Assembly (NCBI GenBank): GCA_963758525.1
Contig: CAVWVQ010000003.1
Span: 4,032,001 to 4,096,000, forward strand
Length of the DNA: 64,000 nt
Origin: an uncultured Phycisphaerales bacterium
GTDB taxonomy: Bacteria > Planctomycetota > Phycisphaerae > Tepidisphaerales > Tepidisphaeraceae
Direction: 5' to 3'
The notes under the pieces are model-generated. The model searched no databases and was not told the DNA's origin. It saw only the letters and a list, made by a program, of their open reading frames with translations. Position 1 is the first letter of the stretch. Every line of letters begins with the position of its first letter. Of this stretch, positions 10,066-18,923 are shown piece by piece. Made by a program: the position numbers and the translations under genes.

Positions 10066-11772
10066 GTGAAGACGTGGCGAGACGCTTTTGGTCATTGGTT
10101 TGTTGTTGCGGCGTTGAGCGTTGCCGGTAGTTGTACCGCGTGGGCGGCAGGAGCGACGTCGGGAGATGACGGGGCGGTCCAATTGCTCAACGCGCGGCCC
10201 GAGAGCGCTGAGGCAAGGGACGCGCGCATGGCGTGGTGGCGGGAGGCGAAATTCGGCATGTTCATCCACTGGGGGCTTTATGCGATTCCAGCGGACGGAG
10301 AGTGGCATCTGCGGTCCCACCAGATGCCGGTGGCGGAGTATGCGAAGCTCGCCGCGCAATTCAATCCGACCCTGTTCAATGCGGATGAATGGGCGGGCAT
10401 CGCCCATGACGCGGGAATGAAGTATCTGGTGCTGACGACCAAGCACCACGACGGCTTTGCGATGTTTCACTCGCGGGCGAGCGATTTCAACATCTGCGAT
10501 GCCACGCCGTTCAAGCGCGATCCCCTGAAGGAACTTTCCGAAGCGTGTCCCCGGCACGACCTCAAGCTGGGCACGTACTATTCGGTGATTGCGGACTGGA
10601 GCCATCCGGGCGGCGGCGCGGGGTGCCCGAAATGGGATCACGCGGCGCAGGATGGCAGCATGGACGATTACATCAACAAGGTCTCATTGCCGCAGGTGCG
10701 CGAGCTGCTGACCAACTATGGGCCGATTGCGGTGATGTGGTTTGATTCCGACGGGGCGCGGCCGCAGACGATGGAGCAGGCATCACGCTACGTGCCGCTG
10801 TTGAAATTGCAGCCCAACATCATCGTGGATCCACGGCTGTTGTGGGTCCGGGGTGATTTTAATACTGCGGAAGGCCACATCCCGATGATCGCGCCGACCG
10901 GCGACTGGGAGCTCTGCGACCGGACCAACGGCAACTGGGGATACACGCACGCGCCAGCGAAGCCGCTGAAGAGCCTGCTGCACGAACTGGTGGAGGCGTG
11001 GGGCAAAGGGGGCAACGTGCTGTTGAATGTCGGGCCAACCGCCCAGGGCGTTATTCCGGCGGACTCGGTGGAGCGGCTGCACCAGATAGGCCAGTGGCTG
11101 AAAACCAATGGCCAGGCGATCTATGGCTCCAAGGCCGGCCCGTTTGAATATCTCCCGTGGGGGTGGACGACGCGCAAGGGAGACATGCTGTATCTGCATG
11201 TTTTTGACTGGCCGGCGGACGGACAACTTCGCCTGCCCTCGGACACGCCGATTGATAAGGCGTTCCTGCTGGCGCGTCCTGGCGAGGCGATTGCGGTGAG
11301 CGTCGCGCCAGGATTGACCACGCTGACGGTGCCCGCCGCGGCGCCGGATCCAAACGTCTCGGTGATTGCGCTGCAGATGAAGGGAGAGGTGAAACCGACG
11401 CTATCGCTGCTGCTGAACAAACCGGTGACCGCTTCGGAAGGACAGAAGGGAGCCGCGGCCGCGGTGGATGCCGACGACGCCAGCGCATGGCGGCTGGACA
11501 AGAGTACGCACGCCACCCTGGAAGTGGACATGGGCGCGCCAGAGACGTTTTCGGTGATGCGCCTTTCGACTCCGTTCACGAAGGCGCGGTCGATGCTCCT
11601 GGAGGTGCAGGAGGGAGGAGGCTGGAAAACGGTATATGCGGAGAAGCACCCGTCGGGAACGCAGTGGACGGTGCAGGTTCCCAAGACCCGCGGGCAGGTG
11701 GTGCGGCTGACGATCGATACGGCAGAGCCGGGGATTCGGGTGGCGGTGTTCGAGTTGTTTCCGCCGCTGTAG
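10066..11772 (+). CDS. Alpha-L-fucosidase (GH29) with C-terminal F5/8C/galactose-binding-like domain
   Basis: WWREAKFGMFIHWG, TTKHHDGF, MWFD and GGNVLLNVGP, followed by C-terminal NKPVTAS...AAVD....W. Start uncertain. Confidence 0.9.
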   Translation: MKTWRDAFGHWFVVAALSVAGSCTAWAAGATSGDDGAVQLLNARPESAEARDARMAWWREAKFGMFIHWGLYAIPADGEWHLRSHQMPVAEYAKLAAQFNPTLFNADEWAGIAHDAGMKYLVLTTKHHDGFAMFHSRASDFNICDATPFKRDPLKELSEACPRHDLKLGTYYSVIADWSHPGGGAGCPKWDHAAQDGSMDDYINKVSLPQVRELLTNYGPIAVMWFDSDGARPQTMEQASRYVPLLKLQPNIIVDPRLLWVRGDFNTAEGHIPMIAPTGDWELCDRTNGNWGYTHAPAKPLKSLLHELVEAWGKGGNVLLNVGPTAQGVIPADSVERLHQIGQWLKTNGQAIYGSKAGPFEYLPWGWTTRKGDMLYLHVFDWPADGQLRLPSDTPIDKAFLLARPGEAIAVSVAPGLTTLTVPAAAPDPNVSVIALQMKGEVKPTLSLLLNKPVTASEGQKGAAAAVDADDASAWRLDKSTHATLEVDMGAPETFSVMRLSTPFTKARSMLLEVQEGGGWKTVYAEKHPSGTQWTVQVPKTRGQVVRLTIDTAEPGIRVAVFELFPPL

Positions 11773-12072
11773 AAATCGCGTATGGGTCCGAAGGCATGAT
11801 CAGTGGTGTTGTCTGGGTGGTGCTGCTCTCGAAGCCATTTACCTTGTGCGAAAGGCGGGCGGCCGTCGCACCGAAGGCAGTTGAACACGAGAGCGCAAAG
11901 CAGTAGCTACATCCAGCCAAGACAACGGACTTCGCTTTTTTATTTCATCAGTTCGAAGCACCGATATTTGCCCCGAAATCTGCCCCAGAACAGCGAGCCG
12001 CCAGAGATTCTGAACCTGCGACCTGTCGCCGCGGCGACCGTTCTGCGGACCGGTTCAACCACTGCCTTCTAA

Positions 12073-12146
<74 letters not shown>

Positions 12147-12395
12147 GACGTTTAGTCACAGTCTAGCGGCGAAGAGAACCGTTGCAACAAGTCGCCGCTT
12201 GAAGAGCGGCTGCCGCCGGGGGGATGGTCTCAGTCAGCCCTCGAAAGAGGATTTCAGTGAGCCGACGATGTGCGCTGAGGAATACAACACCGTCGCATGG
12301 GACGGCGAGACTTGGGGGCGGGCGCGGGTCGCTGCCGTCTGGTTAGGGAGGCGCATGGCGTTGCCTTTTTGGGTTGTACTCTTACCCTCGTACGC

Positions 12396-13304
12396 ATGAG
12401 CGATCTGAAGATTGGATTGATCGGCGGGAGTGGACTGGGGGATGCTCTTGGCTCGGGTCAGGAGGCGGTTGCGCACGAAGTGGAGACGCCGTTTGGGCCG
12501 CCGAGCTCGAAGATTCTGGAATCGACGTGGGAGGGGCTGTCGGTGCTGATGCTCTCGCGGCATGGGCCGGGGCATTTGTTGAATCCGACGCATGTGCCGT
12601 TTCGGGCGAACATTTTTGCGCTGAAGAAGCTGGGATGCACGCACATCATCGCGACGGGAGCGGTGGGATCGCTGCGCGAGGAGATGAAGCCGCGCGATCT
12701 GGTGATCGCGGATCAGGTGATCGACAAGACGTCGCGGCGAGCCAGCACGTTCTATGATCAGGCGGCGGTGCACGTGGATTTTGCCGAGCCGTTTTGCCCG
12801 GTGCTTCGGCAGATTCTCATGGAGGAGGGAGCGGCGTTGACGTCGCACGGCGTGCATGGCCGCGGCTGCTACGTTTGCATGGAGGGGCCGGCGTTTTCGA
12901 CGCGGGCGGAGAGCCTGATGCACCGGATGTGGGGCGGGGACTTGATCGGAATGACGGCCATGCCGGAGGCGAAACTGGCGCGGGAAGCGGAGATCAGCTA
13001 CGCGCTGGTCGCACTGGTGACGGACTATGATTGCTGGAAGCGTGCGGCTGCCGGCAGCGCGCCTGGCGCGGAGCTTCCCGATGCGGGCGAGTTGATGAAG
13101 GAAATCATTGCGAATCTGACAGCCGCGTCGGAGAATGCGATGGCCTTGATCCGCCGAGCCGTGGGGCGGATCGCGAAAGATCGGGACACGCTGCCTGCGT
13201 CCCCGGCACACGATGCACTGAAGCTGGGGATCTGGTCGGATAAAACGCGCATTGCGCCGGATGAGATCGAGCGCTTGATGCCGTTGTGGGGTAGATATTT
13301 CTAG
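12396..13304 (+). CDS. mtnP: S-methyl-5'-thioadenosine phosphorylase
   Basis: IGLIGGSG, VETPFGPPS, RHG.GH, MEGPAFSTRAES, IGMT.MPEAKLAREAEI and VTDYDCW. Confidence 0.95.
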   Translation: MSDLKIGLIGGSGLGDALGSGQEAVAHEVETPFGPPSSKILESTWEGLSVLMLSRHGPGHLLNPTHVPFRANIFALKKLGCTHIIATGAVGSLREEMKPRDLVIADQVIDKTSRRASTFYDQAAVHVDFAEPFCPVLRQILMEEGAALTSHGVHGRGCYVCMEGPAFSTRAESLMHRMWGGDLIGMTAMPEAKLAREAEISYALVALVTDYDCWKRAAAGSAPGAELPDAGELMKEIIANLTAASENAMALIRRAVGRIAKDRDTLPASPAHDALKLGIWSDKTRIAPDEIERLMPLWGRYF

Positions 13305-13496
13305 CCGAACGTCTCCCGAAATACGGGGAGACGATGATACTGAAGCGATCCGCGCAGCCGGCGAGATCTTGAAGCGCGGAAGCCGAGCAGCCATACGAGA
13401 TGAACTGGTGATCTATGGAGCTTTTTTCGAGCCGGGCTCGCGACGAAGCAGGTAGGGCAATCTCGCTGTTTCGATCATTACTCTGGTCGCCCTCGT

Positions 13497-13560
13497 GTAG
13501 GGCGGGATTCATCCCGCCTTCTGTTCGCAAGACAGGGAAGCACGGCGGGATGCATCCCTC
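13497..13560. repeat. GTAG-type REP doublet (REPIN-like)
   Basis: gtagggcgggattcatcccgcc ... ggcgggatgcatccc. An identical first REP occurs at 45461. Confidence 0.8.
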
Positions 13561-13612
13561 TCCGCTCGAGGCTGCCAGCGAAACTCCTGTCTATGGAGAA
13601 GGCCCTCCGTTC

Positions 13613-13752
13613 GCCTCTCCCGGTATTCCGGGAGAGGGACAGGGTGAGGGTGATTTCGAGCACCGATGGCGCTCGACATTCCAAATCACCATCACCCCAA
13701 CCCTCCCCCGGAGTACGACTCGACGAAGCTCGTCACGGGCCAGGGGAGGGGA
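13613..13752. repeat. CCCTCTCCC-type palindromic element, degenerate full copy
   Basis: cctctcccggtattccgggagagggacagggtgagggtgatttcga ... aaatcaccatcaccccaaccctcccccggagtac. Confidence 0.8.
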
Positions 13753-13856
13753 AAATGAGCTGCCGAAAACGCGGTCGTCGCTTGCACGTCAACGCCGTGC
13801 ACGCGGCCGGGGCTCTGCGCTCGTTTTGGTTCTTGCATACCTCATAGTGGCGTGTT

Positions 13857-16800
13857 TTGGCATCGTCGCGCCGGTGCAACGGGCTTGCGCAGGAACAGGT
13901 CGTTGCGAATACCCCGCCTGACGATCTTCCGTCGGCGGAGCAGCCGCAGGGTGTTTTTGTGCGGGAATCGGCGGCGGCGCTGGACACGTTTCAAAACGGG
14001 CAGCGAATGGAGCGATTGAAGGAGTGGGCCAAGGCCGCGGATTTTTATCAGGAGGTGATGGAGAAATATCGCGACCGGGTGATCCCCTCGGCGCAGGACG
14101 CGGATCATCACGCGACGCAATACGGCAGCATCGTGCAAATGGTGCAGGAGCAGCTTGCGAAGTGGCCGGCGGAAGGGCGCGACGTCTATCTGGCCCGGTA
14201 CGAAGTGCCCGCGGCGGCGCTGCTGAGCTCCGCCAAAGGGGTTGACGACACGGCGCTGCATCAGGTCTACGAACGCTATTTTGTCACTGAATCGGGAAAG
14301 GCGGCGGGTATCGCGCTGATGGACGGATATCTGGAGAACGGAGAGTTTCGCGCCGCGGCGAGCATCGGTGAGCGGCTCATCAAGTGGCATCCGGATATCG
14401 CGCCAAACGCGGCGGCGGTGCTCTACCGCACGGCGCTGGCCTATTTTTTTGCGGAGAATGCGCACGGCGCCATCTCAATCCTCGAGAAGCTGCAGGCGGA
14501 GCATCCGAACGATCGCGGAATCATTCGCGGCCAGGACGTGGTGCTGGTCGATTCGCTGCGTGCGGAATTCAAATCGAGCGCGGCGGCCGCCAATCATCCC
14601 AACGGCGATGCCGACGCCAACTCCTGGCCGATGGCGTGGGGCGATGCTTCCCGTTCGCGCATTTCGACGGCCCAGGGGAAGCCCGGAATCCGGCTGTTTA
14701 CCATCCCGCTCTCCAAGCCGCTCTATGCCAATTCGGCCGGCTTGCAACCCGCCCAGCGCGCGAGCCTGGAGCAGACGTTTATCCAGCAGGTGGCCCAGGG
14801 AAGCACGATCGGCGTGATGCCCGTGACGGATGACGGGGCGCTGTTCTTCCAGGACGGGCAGCGAATCTACGCTCGGAATCTCGACAGCAATCTCCCGTTG
14901 CCGGGCTGGTCGCAAACGTATCCGACGACCGGCGACTATCTGCTGCCCAACGCGGCCGGCTCTTCGCGAACAAGTCAATTGACGATCACGGTCACGCGGC
15001 ATGAGGTTCTGGCGGTGATGGGCCAGGCAGACCGCGAGGCGTTGTCGATGGGAATGCCCGGCCAGAGCGACCCCCGGCTGGTCTGCCTGGACCGCGACAC
15101 GGGCAAGGAAAAATGGGTTGCTTCTCCCAGCGCGTTTCCGGATTCGGCCGCGGCATTGCGCGACGTTCAGTTGACTGGCTCGCCCCTGGTCGTCGGGCAG
15201 AGCGTTCTGCTGCTCGGCCACGGGGGGTCTGCCAAGCAATTGCAATTTGACGACACCTACGTTGTCAGCCTTAGCCTGGCGACCGGCAAGTATCAATGGT
15301 CATGCTACATCGCCAGCGCCAATGTGGGCGGGTTGGCCGGTGTGTATTCGATTCTCGATGACAACAGTTCCCATCTGGCATATGCCGACGGGCTGGTCTT
15401 TGCGCAGACGAATCTCGGCGCGATCGCCGCGGTGGATCCGTTCAGCGAATCGCTGGTGTGGGTTGACATTTATCCAACGCGCGCCGGCAACGTGGAGGCG
15501 GCGAATCCTTTCCAGCCGATGCTCGGGCAGCAGCCGGCGGGAGGGCGACGGATGCCCTGGACGAGCAATCCGGTGATCGCGTCGCAAGGCAGGATTTTTA
15601 CGCTGCCGTCGCAGGGGAAGGATCTGCTGATTATCGATTCGATGACGGGCGCGCCGTTGAAGCGCATTGCACTCAGTGACATGAAGGATTGCGACACGTT
15701 GCTGGGAGTGGTGGGCGATCGCGTGATTCTCAGCGGAGAAAAAGCGGTGATCGCGATCGACTGGAAGCAATACGATCCGCGCACCTTCAAGAGCGACGAC
15801 CTGCACGACATTCACTTCGACTATTCCTCCATTCGGGGACGCGGTTTCGTCACCACCAATCGGATCTACATCCCCCTGAAAGACCGGCTCTACTGGCTCG
15901 ACCCGACCGCAAACATGGTGGTGGGGGCGTACCCCGCTTATCCGCGCGAGTGGGAAGACGGCCAGGGGCCTGGCAATGTGCTGGTGACAGACGATCACGT
16001 CGTCATCGCCGGTGCGACATCGGTCGACGTGTATACCGACCTTTCGGTGGCGCGGGGCAATCTCGATCAGTTGATCGCGTCCAACCCGTTGGATCCGGAG
16101 TTGAGGCTGCGCTACGCGGTGCTGATGTTTGGCGCCAAAGACGCCGACGCCACGCTCCAGCGGCTGGATGAGGCAATCGCTTTGATGGGCGGTCCCGCGA
16201 TGCTGCGCACTGGTCCGCAGCGCGATGAGCTGTTCGGGCATGCGATGAGTTTTGCTGGAAGCCTTGCTTCCGACGAGCGGCCGGGGATGCACGAGCGATC
16301 GCTGAAGTTTTACGAGCGTGCGGCGGTTGCCGCATCGACGCCGTTGCAGCAGGTCCGCTGCCGGCTCGACCGCGCGCAACTGGCCATCGCGATGAAAGAT
16401 CCGGGCACGGCGATCAAGGTGTATCAGGAAGTGCTGTCCGACGAGCGGCTGCGAACGGTTTCGCTGACGGACGCGCAGACGTCGTCGCCGACGCTGGCGG
16501 CGCTTCTGGCCGAGAAGGGGATCGCGGGAGTCATCAAAACGAATCCTGAAGCGTATGCGCCATTCGAACAGGCAGCGGCTGACGCGCTGGCCGACGCGAA
16601 GCGGGCGAGCGACGATCTTCCGGCGCGCCTGATGACGGTGGCCAAGACCTATCCCAATTCGTCGGTGGCGGCGCAGGCGATGCTCGCGGCGTCTGATGCC
16701 TATGAATCGGCGGGGAATCCGCGCATGGCGTTGCAGGTGGCACGGCAGCTTTATTTCCGCACGCCCGACGGCGCTGCGGATTTGCCGCGCATTCTGGAAA

Positions 16801-18590
16801 CGATGGCGCGCAACTATCTGGTGATTCCGGGCCGAACGGACGTGGTGATGGCGGCCGAGGCTCGGCTGGCACAAGGCGCGGCGCTGCCGGGCGATCCGAT
16901 GCTGGAAAAGCCGTTGCGGCTTCCGAACAACCAGATTCTCGAGCGCATGCATTTCTCGGAGGCGCTGGAACAGGTTCGCAAATACAGCGGCGCTGAAGCG
17001 ATCCGGAATCTACCTGATTTCCGGTTGCCGATGCCACGGCACATCACTCTGGCGGACGGGCGCAACGTGCGGATGAATCCGTTTCGTCCGGCCGGACCTG
17101 AGAGTGTGATCAACGACATTCAGTCTTTGGTGCGCCCGCTGCGCAATGTTGCGCGGACGGACCGGATCGTCGCGCTGGGCACCAATGGCAAGTTGCAGAT
17201 ATTCGCGCCCGGCCGCTCGCAGCCGCTGGCGCTTGCCGATGTTCCGGCGGACGAAGCGCCCAGCCGCTGCGCCTGGCTTGGGAACAACCTGCTCGTCTGG
17301 GGACCCGCGCAGATGTCGTTGTTTGCCGAGGACGGCGGCCCGGCGCTGTGGACGCTGAACGTGAGGCAGCTTCCGACAACGGAAGTCATCCATGGAGCCG
17401 ATCCGGCGCCAGCGCCGGCGCCGGTGGCTGACGCAAACGCCGCGATCATTTTCGCCGGAAATCGGCGGGGCATCATGATCCGCGGAAGAGGGAGGGTCAT
17501 CGTCAATCCGGGGATGATGCGGGTGATGGGCAATCCCGTCGTCGCGCCGCCGCCGCAGCCTGCCCAGGCCGCGCCGGAGCAGATGGTCGATGTGATCCCG
17601 GTGGGGGATCGCGTGTTGCTCTCGACGTCGGCCGGGCGAATCGTCTGCGCCGACCTGGCGCAGGGAGTTGTGGTCTGGCAGATGCGTCTGAGCGAACAAC
17701 CGATCGACCGCCTGGTGGCGAACGAGGATTTCACGGTCGCGCGCGTCACCGATGGAACATCGGTCCGGCTGGTGGCGATTGACACGTTCAGCGGGGAGCC
17801 GCGCGGCAGCAAGAGCTTCGTCGCCGGCGATAATCTGGCTACGCCGGTCAATTTAGCATTGTCGGCGGATGGGACGCTGGTCTACACGCTTCCCGACCGG
17901 CTGTGTTTGAAGAATCTCTACGCCCCATGGCCCGATCCATCGGACCGCGAGGTGATCGCCGGGTCGAACAGCACGCCGTATCGCGTCGGAGACGACTCCG
18001 CTTCACAACCCGATCAGCTTGTGATTGCCGAGGGGCGGATCCTCGCGCTGGCTGACGAGGGCACCCGGAAAGTCGTGCGCGTGCATTCGCTGGAGACGGG
18101 AAATCCCATTCCCCTGCGCTTCGCATCGCCGCAGGGAAACCAGCAGGTGGATCGCGTGCTGGATGCGGGCGCGACGTGGAAGGTGGCGCTGCGCGTGGTG
18201 GGGTCTCATCTGTATGTCATCGCCCCGGATATCGAGGCGTCATACAACCTCGATCAGCCGGCCGAGACGTGGGTGGAAACCCCGCGCGGCGATGCTGACA
18301 CTCGCGACATCATGATCGGGAAAAGGCACCTGGTGATCATCGTCGGGCCAGTCGCCGCCGAGAACGACAATCCGGGCGATCCGCCGACGTATATCGTGCG
18401 CATCATCGGCCTTTACCCCGCCACGGCCACGACGACGCAGGAGGCCGGCAAAATCGATTTCTTTCCAAGAGTGAAAGATCCGGGCGTCATGACCGGCGAC
18501 TGGCAGGGCGTCGACGGGGGATTCTGCTACCTCACCGCAGACCACAAGCTGCACGAATTGATGGGGGCGGCGGATGAAAACGGGAAGTGA
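13857..18590 (+). CDS. Large TPR + PQQ-like beta-propeller (BamB-like) envelope protein; true start and signal peptide lie upstream across a frameshift
   Basis: 1577 aa ORF with WP...GD.SR, LVCLD..TGK..W and SL.TGK..W propeller blades and helical repeats. The signal peptide LVLVLAYLIVACFGIVAPVQRACA is in another frame at ~13820-13890. Confidence 0.8.
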   Translation: MASSRRCNGLAQEQVVANTPPDDLPSAEQPQGVFVRESAAALDTFQNGQRMERLKEWAKAADFYQEVMEKYRDRVIPSAQDADHHATQYGSIVQMVQEQLAKWPAEGRDVYLARYEVPAAALLSSAKGVDDTALHQVYERYFVTESGKAAGIALMDGYLENGEFRAAASIGERLIKWHPDIAPNAAAVLYRTALAYFFAENAHGAISILEKLQAEHPNDRGIIRGQDVVLVDSLRAEFKSSAAAANHPNGDADANSWPMAWGDASRSRISTAQGKPGIRLFTIPLSKPLYANSAGLQPAQRASLEQTFIQQVAQGSTIGVMPVTDDGALFFQDGQRIYARNLDSNLPLPGWSQTYPTTGDYLLPNAAGSSRTSQLTITVTRHEVLAVMGQADREALSMGMPGQSDPRLVCLDRDTGKEKWVASPSAFPDSAAALRDVQLTGSPLVVGQSVLLLGHGGSAKQLQFDDTYVVSLSLATGKYQWSCYIASANVGGLAGVYSILDDNSSHLAYADGLVFAQTNLGAIAAVDPFSESLVWVDIYPTRAGNVEAANPFQPMLGQQPAGGRRMPWTSNPVIASQGRIFTLPSQGKDLLIIDSMTGAPLKRIALSDMKDCDTLLGVVGDRVILSGEKAVIAIDWKQYDPRTFKSDDLHDIHFDYSSIRGRGFVTTNRIYIPLKDRLYWLDPTANMVVGAYPAYPREWEDGQGPGNVLVTDDHVVIAGATSVDVYTDLSVARGNLDQLIASNPLDPELRLRYAVLMFGAKDADATLQRLDEAIALMGGPAMLRTGPQRDELFGHAMSFAGSLASDERPGMHERSLKFYERAAVAASTPLQQVRCRLDRAQLAIAMKDPGTAIKVYQEVLSDERLRTVSLTDAQTSSPTLAALLAEKGIAGVIKTNPEAYAPFEQAAADALADAKRASDDLPARLMTVAKTYPNSSVAAQAMLAASDAYESAGNPRMALQVARQLYFRTPDGAADLPRILETMARNYLVIPGRTDVVMAAEARLAQGAALPGDPMLEKPLRLPNNQILERMHFSEALEQVRKYSGAEAIRNLPDFRLPMPRHITLADGRNVRMNPFRPAGPESVINDIQSLVRPLRNVARTDRIVALGTNGKLQIFAPGRSQPLALADVPADEAPSRCAWLGNNLLVWGPAQMSLFAEDGGPALWTLNVRQLPTTEVIHGADPAPAPAPVADANAAIIFAGNRRGIMIRGRGRVIVNPGMMRVMGNPVVAPPPQPAQAAPEQMVDVIPVGDRVLLSTSAGRIVCADLAQGVVVWQMRLSEQPIDRLVANEDFTVARVTDGTSVRLVAIDTFSGEPRGSKSFVAGDNLATPVNLALSADGTLVYTLPDRLCLKNLYAPWPDPSDREVIAGSNSTPYRVGDDSASQPDQLVIAEGRILALADEGTRKVVRVHSLETGNPIPLRFASPQGNQQVDRVLDAGATWKVALRVVGSHLYVIAPDIEASYNLDQPAETWVETPRGDADTRDIMIGKRHLVIIVGPVAAENDNPGDPPTYIVRIIGLYPATATTTQEAGKIDFFPRVKDPGVMTGDWQGVDGGFCYLTADHKLHELMGAADENGK

Positions 18591-18610
18591 CCGGGACGCC
18601 GTTTGAGAAC

Positions 18611-18923
18611 CCGGGGTCAGGGTTCAGGGTGTCAGGGGTCAGGGTTCAGCGAAAAACCGGGGTAGGGTTCAGGGTGTCAGGGGTCAGGGTTCAGCGAAAA
18701 ACCGGGGTAGGGTTCAGGGTGTCAGGGGTCAGGGGTCAGCGAAAAACCGGGGTCAGGTTCAGGGTTCAGCGGAAAACCGGGGTCAGGGTTCAGGGTGTCA
18801 GGGGTCAGGGTTCAGCGAAAAACCAGGGTAAGGGTTTAGGGCGTCAGGGGTCAGGGTTCAGCGGAAAACCTAGATGCTGAACCCTGAACCCTGACACCCT
18901 GAACCCTTGAACGATCCTGAACC
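18611..18923. repeat. Tandem array of six ~45-bp G-rich units (built from GGGTTCA/GGGTCA heptamers) plus one inverted arm
   Basis: Unit ccggggtcagggttcagggtgtcaggggtcagggttcagcgaaaaa is repeated six times (one copy shortened to 30 bp). It is followed by the complementary ctgaaccctgaaccctgacaccctgaaccc. Confidence 0.95.

Noticed and set aside
13311..13332. Intrinsic terminator after mtnP
   Set aside because: A hairpin (gtctccc...gggagac) is present but has no U-tract, so it is not called.
15300..16952. Long antisense ORFs (also 27729-30173, 22049-23317, 55895-57316, 57581-58930, 50315-51673)
   Set aside because: These are shadow frames of well-supported genes in high-GC DNA.
18611..18870. 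CRISPR array
   Set aside because: The units are contiguous with no unique spacers, and no cas genes are nearby.
18587..18880. ORF encoding (GFRVSGVRVQRKT)n
   Set aside because: It is a translation of the DNA repeat. Unit lengths of 45, 46 and 30 bp shift the frame, so it is unlikely to be a selected protein.
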